A stretch of DNA of 64,000 nucleotides from NCBI RefSeq assembly GCF_001194135.2, contig NC_068994.1, positions 48,054,256-48,118,255 on the forward strand, given 5' to 3'. A program made the position numbers and the translations under genes. The first letter of the stretch is position 1, and each line of letters begins with the position of its first letter. Positions 12,908 through 24,700 of this stretch are shown here, piece by piece. This stretch comes from Octopus bimaculoides (lineage: Eukaryota). A model generated the notes under the pieces. It did no database searches. It was not told where the DNA came from and saw only the letters and a program-made list of their open reading frames with translations.

Positions 12908-15900
12908 TATACACATTAAATTTTTTAGCTTTGTTTCAGGTTATGGTATATAAGTAGTGTATATATTCTTATACTGGTTTCATGCCGGGGCACCGCCCTC
13001 AAGGGTTCGGCGGAATGTATCACTTCAAGTACTTTGGGACATAGATATAAACAATAGTGGCTTCCAGTCCGAAAACGTAAACACAGCCGCAAGCATATAG
13101 CACCGAGCTACTTGCACAGTTTTCATCTACCAAATTTCACCAATAGGCTATTAATGAACCCGAGGCTATAAGAGAAGATGCTTGCATAAGATGTNNNNNN
13201 NNNNNNNNNNNNNNNNNNNNNNNNNNNNNNNNNNNNNNNNNNNNNNNNNNNNNNNNNNNNNNNNNNNNNNNNNNNNNNNNNNNNNNNNNNNNNNNNNNNN
13301 NNNNNNNNNNNNNNNNNNNNNNNNNNNNNNNNNNNNNNNNNNNNNNNNNNNTAAACATAATTAAGGGATCAGCAACAGTTGCTTCATCACATACCGAAGT
13401 TCAGAAATAGCAGCTAACGTGCTAAGTTGGAGTTTTAGCATTTTAGCTGCTATTTCTGAACTTCGGTATGTGGTGAAGCAATTGTTGCTGATCCCTTAAT
13501 TATGTTTATAAATGTATAAGAACTTTTAAATAAGTTCTTCACCGATAATGGTGTTTACATACCGAAGGGCTTGGTAAAAATTATTAATTATTAATAACAC
13601 CACATTTATTAATAAATTAATAATCCTTTACCCTTTTATATGTCTGTCAACATGTTTTCTATCTCAAGCTATCTTTATAAAGTTTGTATCTCCAGATAGT
13701 GTTATCTTTTGCATGTCAAGAAATTTTCATATATTTTATATTAGATATCTTTATAGTTTGGGTTTTAAAAAAAAATAAATATTTATATTCTTGTTTCCCT
13801 GGTTCCCAGAGAAAGATAACAATGCTGACAGCCTGTTTGTTTGGTCATATCCATCCATTAGTGGTGAACAGCAAGAGAAATTTCTGCATCGCTGCAATGT
13901 TGCAACAGAGGCATCCCCTCACATAGAGTTTTTGTACAGCCAGTCTGAACGACATTGGTATTACATTTATACAACACAAGTACCTCTGAACTGTCACAGC
14001 TTACCTAAGGTTTGTTTCACTATTATTTTTACTCTACATGATCATCATCATTGTTCTAATATACATTTTACCATGTTGGTATGCGTTGGGCTTGTTGACA
14101 GTATAGAATATCCCTATTTGTCCTAATTTTATGAATCTTGTCTGTGAAGCACAACATCTTGAGATATATGAAGGGGTACAGTAAAGTTCCTGGTTTTAAG
14201 GGTATCATGAAAGGCCTGGTTGAAGGCCCAACCTTCTGAGTTCTTTTACAGAACTTAGAAAAACTAAAGGACCACTACAATAAGTATGTGAATAAACCAT
14301 AATTAACTGATCCTCCTGTATTTTCTTTTACCCAAAACCAGGAACTTTTCAGCATCCTCTCGTACCTCCATCACTTCTTGTATCTTGTCCTTCCTCTGCT
14401 CATTATCTGTTCACATTACATTACATTACATCATCAATTCCAATGCAGTCTTCTCCTCATGCATGCATCAATTAATGCCTTTAATAACCATTCACTCTCT
14501 CATCTCACTTGTAAGTTAACTTTACATTCTTGCCTCATTTCTCTCCAAGAAGGAATAGAAAAAGTAGATGCAGCATGGAAGAGTAAATGAATAAACTAAT
14601 ATTTTACTTTTACAGGTAACCTTTGTGTCTTTGGTTTTAGTTGCCAAAACCTTTCAACCAGAGCAATACAAAGCCTTGTGTGAAGTTCTCAGCAGTGTCT
14701 ACATGAAGTCTGCTAGTCCAGCAACAATGTTACAGTGTTACTTGAATGTTGTGACCAATGGGGAATGTAAAACAGAAGACAAGATGCATTTCACAGCAAA
14801 AGACTTTGATGTCAGGCAAGCTTATGCTGCATCTAACTTGAGAAGTGAGTAAAGAACCCATGATTAACCCTTTAGCATTTAAACCGGCCACATCTGACCC
14901 AAATATTCTACCTGTTTTATGTTGAAGCTGGCCAGATCTGGCCTCTTACACCTACTCTGCAATGTCATTCTAAAAATAATGAATGACATCCTCGAAATCT
15001 CAAAAGTATGAGGTAAGCCATGATGAATTGAGAACAATGTGAATAAAGACACATTATATTTGACAGTAATCTGAATGTTCTCTCCTGGTCTCTCATGTTA
15101 TCACCAATACTGTTTTCCTTACCTAAGTTCAACACCAACCACTTCGTCCAATCCTTCATGTCCAGGATATCTTTTGAAATTTCATTCTGCCCTGCATTTT
15201 TCTTGCAGTTGTCAATTTGCAGATGTTGAAGTAGAACATCAGACACAACAAAATCATTAGTCTCAGAGAATGTGTGAAAGTCATGCACACAGCCAGGCTC
15301 TCCTTATTAAACCCTTTAACAAAAAAGTAAAAACAAAAGATTAAAAAAAACAACAACAAAGTAATATTCATTCAGTAGTCATCAATCTTTTGTTTTTAGT
15401 GTTTGGATTTTACTCAGGTAAAATGTTTTTCACTTCCAGGTGTTATACAAATCTTTGGAGTGGAAACAATTCTAATTTACACTGCACAGTTACTGAAAAA
15501 GTCTATTGTAGTCTACCATCCTAAAATAAGTGAATTGCTGACCTTTAATCGGTAAGTAAATGGTATATTTTTGGTGTGTGTCCAGCATATGAATATATAT
15601 GTGTGTATGTGTATATATATTTTTAAATATATATATGTGTATATGTGATATATTTTTGAAATACAAGGAAGGTGCTGAAAAGTTCCTGGCTTTGGATAAA
15701 AGGAGATATAGGCAGATCAGTTAATTATGATTCTATTCAACATATTCCCCTCTGAGAGTCACACACTTATTGCAGTGGTCCTTCAGTTTTTCTAATCTTT
15801 GTAAAAGAATTTGGAAGGTTGGGCCTCCAACCAGGCCTTTCACGATACCCTTAAAGCCAGGAACTTTCCAGTACCCCCTTGTGTGTGTGTGTGCACTCGC

Positions 15901-18150
15901 ACATGGTTACACATACTCATGCACATATATATATGACTATATAAGAATTTTGTTTTGGTTTTTCAATTTACAGGAGTTTACCAGCACTAGCATGGCACCG
16001 TCAAGACTGGGGCAACTTGTTTCCTTACATCACACTGGACAATACAGATATTGAGACTGATTTGAAAAGTCGAACATCTTATATTGCTGGTTTTACTGAT
16101 GCCTTGATTCAGAACAGGTATTGTTGTCTTCAGTAACTCTCTCTCTCTCTCTCTCTCTTGGCTGGGTAACCAAATACTTCCTCTATAGCAAGACACCTGT
16201 TTCTGCCTCTCTGTCTCTTTGTCACACTCTAATCTTTCATCATCTGACACAAGATCACCTCCTCTAATGCGAGTTCTCACTATGCATTTGGTCTATAGTC
16301 TACACTTTCTGAAAATAGAGGTATCTTCAATAAATCAAGAATTTATTTGATATATCAAATAAATTTTGATNNNNNNNNNNNNNNNNNNNNNNNNNNNNNN
16401 NNNNNNNNNNNNNNNNNNNNNNNNNNNNNNNNNNNNNNNNNNNNNNNNNNNNNNNNNNNNNNNNNNNNNNNNNNNNNNNNNNNNNNNNNNNNNNNNNNNN
16501 NNNNNNNNNNNNNNNNNNNNNNNNNNNNNNNNNNNNNNNNNTATATATATATATATGTATATCAGATATACCTGGTATCTGATATATAATCAAGTAATTT
16601 CATCAATGTAGTGTCATGCCAACCATTTAAAACATACACTCTTATACCATTCATTTCTACTTCATTTTGTAATAGTATTATTATTACATGTTATTCAGTA
16701 TTGAAGTTATTTGTTGCATATCTTTATCATAGTCATTGACACTATATTCCTTTGTATTTCTTGCCAAACAAGTACATCTTCAAAATACATATGATTTGTT
16801 TTCTCTATAGATCTGACCTCTATGATTTACTTGTGAACCTACAGACACGTGAGATCAGTGTTAGTCCAGGGGCTAAAGGTAAGTTGTTATGTTAGTAATT
16901 TCTAGAAAAGTTATTTCATTATTTCTTCTGTTAAATGTGTCTATGATTTCTTGATAGGTCACTGAGGGAGCTTCTTGTCCATCCTGATATATGTGGCAGA
17001 CAAATCTCCCTCAAATTTACTGAATTGCCAGTTATTAGAGCATACACACACACATATTACATATGCTAGTAGAAAACTGGCCAGAGGGCAGTGTTTCTGA
17101 TGTATTGTGTCACTGTACTAGAAATACTTAATGTGAATAGAATTAAAAGACATTGTAATAGTATTTGATATTGTCCTTTACATATTTCAGAATCACTTGC
17201 AATGGGAAAACTACATAAAGATATAGCAATGTTTATGGTGAATTGTGCTGAAGATACAGACTGCTCAGAACAGCAATTAATTAAGGTAAGACAAATCCTT
17301 TATAACAATATCAAGTAGTAACAGTACATTCAGTTGCTTATATACAACACTTGAAGTGGGATGTCCTAGCATGTAGAGAAGTACTTCCCAAAGTGAGTGC
17401 TATTTCCATGCTGGAGATATTGATATTGTTTAGGGGCTGGTTAGTCTACATTACTCCGTAAGGGGCATAGAGTTAGTTTCCTGGTTTCTCTGCTATATAC
17501 ATTCTTCTCTGGATGAGACACTGGTCCGTTGCAGGATTTCTCATTTTTACCAGCTGTGGACTGTAGCAACAAGATATGAAATGTTTTGCTCAAGAACACA
17601 ATGCTTCGCTTGGTAAGGGAATTGAAACCACAATCTTACGATCATGAGTCCAGCACTGTAACCATTAAGCCATGCCTGTATACAATCACTCATCTAAAGC
17701 TGTCTTAACAAACAGCCTGTTGTCTCTGAAGTAGGGACCATATGAGCCAAGGAAAAAAACTTTTCTGTAATCACTCATGCAATATATTTCAACTTTCAAA
17801 CATCTCAGTTATAATAGATGTAATTTGTAATTCTTTTTCATAACGATTTTAAAGACGAATAGAAATGCTCTGTAATGCAGCATTTAGGTGTTCAAGTTGA
17901 TTTTAACTGAATTGTCAGTTTCACTTTAATTTTAAGGAAACACACATATACATGCACATAATTTTTATCTTTTCAGAAAATTTCTGAGAAAACCAAAGAA
18001 TTACTTACCAATTTGACATCCTTGTCAGAAACTGATGAAACTGGGAAATCTTATATAACTTTAGAACTACTGAGAAGTAGGAAAATGCCCAAAAATACAG
18101 AAACCTTTCTCTATAACCTTGCTGTTTGTGAAGGATTGGCCAAGTATTAA
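12233..18150 (+). CDS. DENND10: DENN domain-containing protein 10 (FAM45A); 8 coding exons, 1062 nt, 353 aa
   Basis: Exons 12233-12272, 13810-14009, 14616-14844, 15440-15551, 15974-16117, 16811-16878, 17191-17285, 17977-18150, all GT-AG and phase-consistent. Motifs LFVWSYP, AKTFQPEQY, KDFDVRQAY, IVVYHPKI, LPALAWHRQDW, DLYDLLVNL, AMGKLHKD, TETFLYNLA match recalled human DENND10. Confidence 0.95.
13352..13508. repeat. 66-bp near-perfect inverted repeat (hairpin) in DENND10 intron 1
   Basis: Arms 13352-13417 and 13443-13508 differ at 2 positions; 25-nt spacer. Confidence 0.9.
13810..14009 (+). CDS. DENND10: DENND10 exon 2
   Basis: EKDNNADSLFVWSYP..WYYIYTTQVPLNCHSLPK. Confidence 0.9.
14169..14362 (+). 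mobile_element. Mariner-derived MITE
   Basis: TA-flanked TIRs (..GAAAAGTTCCTGG / CCAGGAACTTTTCAGCA..); interior is a deletion derivative of a mariner C-terminus. Confidence 0.75.
14616..14844 (+). CDS. DENND10: DENND10 exon 3
   Basis: VTFVSLVLVAKTFQPEQY..DFDVRQAYAASNLR. Confidence 0.95.
14864..15077 (+). mobile_element. piggyBac-type TTAA MITE, right end missing
   Basis: TTAA|CCCTTTAGCATT start; same family as 30199-30556 and 50394-50602. Confidence 0.65.
15440..15551 (+). CDS. DENND10: DENND10 exon 4
   Basis: VIQIFGVETILIYTAQLLKKSIVVYHPKISELLTFN. Confidence 0.95.
15664..15881 (-). mobile_element. Mariner-derived MITE, opposite orientation to 14169-14362
   Basis: TA|CAAGGAAGGTGCTGAAAAGTTCCTGG start; interior is the reverse complement of the first copy. 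Confidence 0.75.
15974..16117 (+). CDS. DENND10: DENND10 exon 5
   Basis: SLPALAWHRQDW..YIAGFTDALIQN. Confidence 0.95.
16811..16878 (+). CDS. DENND10: DENND10 exon 6
   Basis: SDLYDLLVNLQTREISVSPGAK. Confidence 0.92.
17191..17285 (+). CDS. DENND10: DENND10 exon 7
   Basis: ESLAMGKLHKDIAMFMVNCAED..QQLIK. Confidence 0.93.
17460..17680 (-). mobile_element. tRNA-derived SINE family C
   Basis: GTTTTGCTCAAGAACAC..GGAATTGAAACCAC..AACCATTAAGCCATG; related copies at 36830-37045, 38280-38545, 42280-42600. Confidence 0.55.
17977..18150 (+). CDS. DENND10: DENND10 exon 8 (terminal)
   Basis: KISEKTKELLTNL..TETFLYNLAVCEGLAKY*; AATAAA signals follow near 18255. Confidence 0.93.
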   Translation, partial: KISEKTKELLTNLTSLSETDETGKSYITLELLRSRKMPKNTETFLYNLAVCEGLAKY

Positions 18151-19029
18151 GTTTTTCCTAAAATTACACCTGAATTAGGAATTTTTAAACCACTTTCAGT
18201 GCATTGCAGCTTGTGGATTTGGAAATTCCAAAAGAAATACTCTTTTTCTTCTATTAATAAAATAAAACCAACAAAAATAACATAATTTGATTCAATCAGT
18301 TCAATACAGATTTCCATTTCATAAACTTTAAAAGAGATTTATCAATTTTTTTTTTGTTACATTTGAAAAAAACTGTATTTTAAAAATTCTGTTATATCAA
18401 AATAATAGCTAAAATATTTGTTGTTGTCCAGGATAAAAACTCAGGGAATTAACATTACAGTGAATTATAATATCACAAAGTAATTTATTTACATTATAGT
18501 ATACCTTGATTAATATTATTCATTGTTTTCTCTTGTGGATCATAGACATAATGATGTCATTTTATGCTTGGATTTGTGAGGCACCATGAGAAAAACAAGG
18601 ATCTAGCATCCTTTAAGGTATGCTCTTAAGATTTGTTGATGAACATGGAGAAATATATTATGGACTGGAAACTGCAACTTTTTAAAATTGTATCGGGTGT
18701 TACTGAGAATAATTTTTTGAAGTTGTAGAGTTAAATCAAACGTGCTCCAGCATGACCACAGCCACTTGGCTGAAACCCATAAATAAATAAATAAATAAAT
18801 AAATAAAATTAAACCATAATTCCCACATCTTTGTTCAGCTTGCTTGTTTAAATTACCAACAAAGTAACTTCAGAAATCGGTGCTTTTCATTAGAAAGAAG
18901 CAGCAATGTAGATAGCTATAGGTAGTATAGCAGTGTGTAGATAGCTATAGGTTTACTAATGACTTAAGTAAAATTCTGTAAATAGAAATTGTACGAAAGC
19001 CTGTCATTTTTATGTAAGCACAGACGTAG

Positions 19030-19735
19030 AAGTGTGGTTAAGAAGCTTGTTTACCCAACCAGGTGGTTTTGGGTTGTCTCCCTATGCAGCACCCAGAACA
19101 AGTGTCTTCCACTACATCCCCAGGTTGAAGAAAGCCTTGTGAGTGGATTCAATAGGTGAAACCTGAAAGAAGTTCAATATATATATGCTGCTGAGACTCC
19201 CTTTGGTCATGACTGACCATGGGATTGCACCTAGAAAGTTACCCTTCCATGTCAAACTGTCCAATCCATGCCAGCATGGAAAGTAGATGTTAAACGATGA
19301 TGATATTCCAGCATGGAAAAATGGACGGAAACTGAAAGAAGCCCGTCGTGTATATATATATATATATATCATCATCATCGTTTAACGTCCGCTTTCCATG
19401 CTAGCATGGGTTGGACGATTTGACTGAGGACTGGTGAACCAGATGGCTACACCAGGCTCCAATCTGATTTGGCAGAGTTTCTACAGCTGGATGCCCTTCC
19501 TAACGCCAACCACATATATATATGTTTGTGTGTTTGTCCCCCCCCCCATCTCTTGACAACCGATGCTGGTGTATTTACGTCCCCGTCACTTAGCGGTTCG
19601 GCAAGAGAGCCCGATAGAATAAGTACTAGGCTTACAAAGAATAAGTCCTGGGGTCGACTTGCTCGACTAAAGGCGGTGCTCCAGCATGACCGCAGTCAAA
19701 TGACTGAAACGAATAAAAGAATGATGATGAAATTT
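19030..19735. mobile_element. Composite: family A SINE (+) interrupted by two opposed RTE 3' ends
   Basis: SINE head 19030-19190, RTE tail (+) 19205-19310, RTE tail (-) 19368-19510, SINE tail 19520-19735. Confidence 0.7.
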
Positions 19736-20199
19736 TGACTTTTTTGCTTCCATTGTTTCTGTGGATACCACAGACAACACTTGATCAGTCAAACAAACAA
19801 ATAAACAATGCAAACAGTGGTAATTAAAATACTTTAAATGGTTGCATATTTTGAATGCAGGAAGAATTATAGTAGAGGTGCACAATGAATTTATTAAATA
19901 TTCCAGCTTTAACAATTTTTGATTGTGAATCTGAAAATATTGAATGCATTTATTTGTCTTTTTTCTCTACAATTTGTATTGGTAAATGTTTTTCATTTTT
20001 TTTTTTATACTTATATGAAGATGCTTCAAATAAACTGCAAAATAGAAATCAATACTTATTGCAGATGTCTTCTTACAAGACAATAATTCAAACTGGGTCC
20101 TTCATAAGAGAAAAACCAAGATAAAAAAAAAAAAATGAAAATAAATAAAAATAAGTAAAATAATTCTTTCTAAATTGGACATTATGGCCAGCAATCTTG

Positions 20200-20856
20200 A
20201 GGGGAATGGGGTATTGTTCAACTGGTGCTTTAATAATAATGATTTCTAATTTAGGGGGGGTACAAGACCAGCAATTTTTGAGGGGTGGAAGTTAGTTGAA
20301 ATCACCAATCCCAAAATGATGAAAGGCAAAGTCAACCTTGGCAGAATTTGAAATTGGAATGTAAAGTTGGAAGAACAGCCACTAAGCATTTTGTCTGACA
20401 GGCTAACAATTGTGCCAGCTTACCATCTTGATAAAACAATCCTTTCTACTCGGGCACATAGCCTGAAATTTGGGGGAAGGGGCCAAGTCAATTACATTGA
20501 CTGGTCCTTATTTCATTGACCTCCCAAAGGGATAAAAGGCAAAGTCAACCTCAGTGGAATTTGAACTCAGAATGTAAAGTTGGGAAAAATGCCACTGAGC
20601 ATTTTATCCAGCATGGTAATGATTCTTATTTCTTTATTGCCCACAAGGGGATAGACACAGAGGGGACAAACAAGGACAGACAAAGGGATTAAGTTGATTA
20701 CATCGAACCCCAGTGCATAACTGGTACTTAATTTATTGACCTCGAAAGGAGGAAAGGCAAAGCCGACCTCGGCGGAATTTGAACTCAGAACGTAACGGCA
20801 GACGAAATACCGCTAATCATTTTGCCCAGCATGCTAACGTTTCTGCCGGCTCGCCA
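20200..20856 (-). mobile_element. Stack of three family B SINEs; last copy young
   Basis: Three successive GAAAGGCAAAG(T/C)C(A/G)ACCT..GAATTTGAA cores; 20630-20856 retains its CpGs. Confidence 0.8.
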
Positions 20857-21684
20857 GCATGGTAATGATTCTGCCTGCTTGCCACCTTAATAACAATAGT
20901 AAGATATTCCGTCTTTCGTTAGCAAACAAATATGCCTCACTTTTCAGAATTAATTTTCTGATAAAAAGAGGTCACAACTCTTGACTGAAGAAAATAGTTT
21001 TAAAAAATACTGTCAAATATAATTTCACACTGGAAAATCTCAGGAGTTCCTTCGTTATTTGATTTCAGGGGTTTATTGTTATTGTTATCGCAAGCATAGA
21101 ACCGAGAAAAGGAGTGGGGCACTTTATTGTTATGCTGAACATATTTATGAGCGTAGCACCTATTCTGCTATGTCTGCTAAGTAACTGACCAATTATCTTT
21201 TGGAAATTAAAAAAAAAATAAAAAAAAAGAACAGAAAAAATAAGATTTAAGTACCTAATTTAAGAGAGAAAGAGTGACATACACTATGTAGTGTAATTGG
21301 TAATGTGGTCCCTTGGCAAGCAATAAATATATGGTTCCAGCATCATTGTCTGTTTTCTGTTGCAAATTGATGTTTAAAATGTTTAATGTCAATTCACATT
21401 GAAAAGCTTAGTTAATTCATTTGTAGTTTTAAATAATTTTATTAGAAAAAAAAGGGAGAGAAGAAAAAAAAAGACTGATGTTGAGTGTGAGTGACTTTTG
21501 AAGCCAGCAAGCCAAACCTCAACCATGTCTCTGTTTTGGAAGAGATTGAGGTATAGTTAAAAGTAGCAGCAATATTGATTAAGAATGTATGACAGGAGGA
21601 CTCAAGGACAATGAGAGAGGTGGATGTGGTGAGAGGCAAGAGCTACAACAAGCTGGGACATAGCAGGCCAGTTCTTAATTCGAG

Positions 21685-21798
21685 TCACTCATTGGGTGTT
21701 TTTGGAGGCGTGTCTTCAGGAGTTACTGGCTTGGGACGTTTTTTCTTCTTGCCACCATCTTGATTGGGGTCAGTCTTTCGTTTTTTCGTATCTTCTTC
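21685..21798 (-). CDS. BRD8: BRD8 exon 20 (terminal, basic NLS-like)
   Basis: EEDTKKRKTDPNQDGGKKKKRPKPVTPEDTPPKTPNE*. Confidence 0.82.
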   Translation of the reverse strand, partial: EEDTKKRKTDPNQDGGKKKKRPKPVTPEDTPPKTPNE

Positions 21799-24700
21799 CT
21801 ACAACATAGAATAGAATACAATATAATGTCTGTGTTCGATAAATACACTAAAATAAAGAATGACTTGCTACCATCTCTAAGACGGAAGACTACCTGAAGC
21901 AGAAAGGGAGCTTCTATTCAACTGAAATAACGAATGGCATGCTGCCTTTATAATGGTTTCAAAATTTGGCACAAGCTCAGCAATCACAGGAGAAGCAGGG
22001 TTAGTCAATTACATTGATCCCAGTGGTATTTTATTTTATCGAACTTGAAAGGATGAAGGGCAAAGTTGACCCCAGAATGTCAAGAATCAAAAGAAACATT
22101 GCTTAGCATGTTGTCTGATGCACTAATGATTTTACCATCCTGCTATCTTCTTTATCATGGAAATATTATACAAAATAGCAATGCAGAAATCCAATCTTGT
22201 GTTATGACATCTTATATGTGAGGGCCAACACTTTCAGCTTCCCGTGATTTTTTTCTAAAGCAAGTCGTACATTATCAGCATTCAACACACATTTCCACCA
22301 AATATTCTTAATCCATTCGTATCCACAGGATGTGTAATGTCAGTGTGCATACACGACAGAGTGTAAGCGCCCTGAGAGAAAAGTCGGATTTAACAAGCAT
22401 CAGATGTGGTGTGCAAGAGAGACGACTGCGTTGGTATGGTCATGTGTTGCGAATGAATGAGGACAGGTGTGTGAAAAAGTGTCACACCCTAGCAGTTAAG
22501 GGAACAGTAACAGTCAGATGTAAGTTAACTATGAGTTGCTTTCCATTTGCACTTCAGGCCCACATTAGTCTTCACTTCTGCACACAATGGTTCATACTGT
22601 GGACGTCTTTAATTTCTAGCCCGCCTCTGTTTCTTTCTTTATTTCCGTTTAACAATAAAAGTTAAAAACATCTTCAAAATACGTACCTTCTCGATATTTT
22701 CCATCCTGCGCGATGGCCGTAGCATTTTTGGTTCCGTTTGCACCATTAACTGTGTGCTCACAAATTGCTGCAAAGAAATGATTATAATACTTATACATAT
22801 GTATGGTGTGTATGTGTATGTACATGTATATGTGGCCACAATTTCCCCCCCATCAGTCATTCAGCACTTCAATGTCTCTTATTCGTTTCTAACATTGGCA
22901 CAAGGCAAAAAATTGGAGATGAAATGTTAGTCAACTATGTAGGATCTGGTACTCAACAGGTACTTTATCATAGTGATCCTGGTGGGATGAATGGCAAAGC
23001 TGACCTCAGTGAGATTTGAAATCATAGTGTGAAGAACTGAATCAACTACTACACAAGGCCAGAAATTTCGAAAGGAGGGTATTAGTTGATTAAACCAAGT
23101 CTAGTACTTAATTTTATTGACATCCCCCACCACAAGGGATGAAAGACAAAGACTTTGGTGGGATTTGAACTTAGCATGTAAAGAACCACAACCAAATATG
23201 TGAGGCATTTTGTCTGATGCTCTAATGGTTCATATAATAATAATAATAATAATAATAATGATAATAGTAATAATCCTTTCTACTATAGACACAAGGCTTG
23301 TAATATAGGTGAGGGGGATAGTCAATTACATCGACCCCGAAAGGATGAAATGCAAAGCTGACCCCAGCAGAAATTGAACAAAAGATGAATGAAATGCCGC
23401 CAAGCTAACAATTCTGCCAGCTCACCGCCTTAGATAATAATATGGAAAACATCAGGATTTGGCTGGGGAAATGCTGTTCACAGAGAAATTGCCACTTGAT
23501 TCAAGAGGTGTAAGTTAATCTGTCTGAAAAATATAGGAGTTAATGTTAGAATTTTATTGACACTAATGGCAAAACTAAACCCACAATAAGGGATTTGTAA
23601 ACAATAGTACACATGACACTAACAGGGCAACGATTCTACGATATAGTGTGTGTCAAATGATACAGGAGTGGGGCTAGGGGATTTTGTGTTGGTGGGGTTG
23701 TGTCAGGGTTTTTTTTTTTAAATAGGTGGGCGATGAAGCATTTTTGGCCGATAGGTGGGCGATATTGCAATTTGGCGCAAAAAGTTTGAGAAACACTGAT
23801 TTAGTTTGTTGCACTACAAATTCTGCTTATCTCCCATCCACCCTAGTAATTGTATAAAAAAATATATACATGTAGTAATAAAAAAAACAACAGTACAAAC
23901 CTCAATGTGTTGCATAACATCATTGTACATCTCTCGTGCCATCTTGTACACATTGTGGTCAGAGCTGTTGTACATTATGGCATTAGTAAACATTAGCATC
24001 ATATCACGTTGGAACTCTGTTGTAGAGCGGATAACACCATTTTCAATATTCTTCTTAATGGCACTTAAGTCCATTGGTCTGAAAATATATAAAAGAGAGA
24101 GAAAAAAAATGTAAAAGTTCTTTTGGGGCTTTTTTTTTTGTGTAAATTCCCTTAATTTTTGATGTCTAATAAAAATGACACAACACAGGACAGAAAAAGA
24201 TCATCTAACTCCCAAAATACAAGAGATGAAGAAAGAGATTGTGTTAATAGTTACCTGTGTACTATACTGTGATAGCCTGGAGCTATCTCCTCTCGAACAG
24301 GATGCAGAAATACATTAGCATACCTAGAGTAATAAAGAAAACAACATACAATAAAAACAATAGCAATAATAGCCCAGCTACTTGGTCATACTTCACACAC
24401 AGAGGCAAAGTGATATTACAAACAGCACACATTAAGTCTGTTAATAGATTCTTACACACAAATGTATATGTTCATTCACATACTCACAAACAACAATGCA
24501 GTCACACACAGACACATACCTGGCCCACAGTCACTTCCTGAGGCTGGAACACCCTCTCTGTTGAGAGGTCTTTTTCTTGCAAGCTACTTGGCAACCTCAC
24601 TGGTGTCATGTAAAAAGCACCTGTGCTGGTGCCATGTAAAATGCACCCAGTACACTCTGTAAAGCAGTTGGCTTTAGGAAGGGCATCCAGTCATAGAAAC

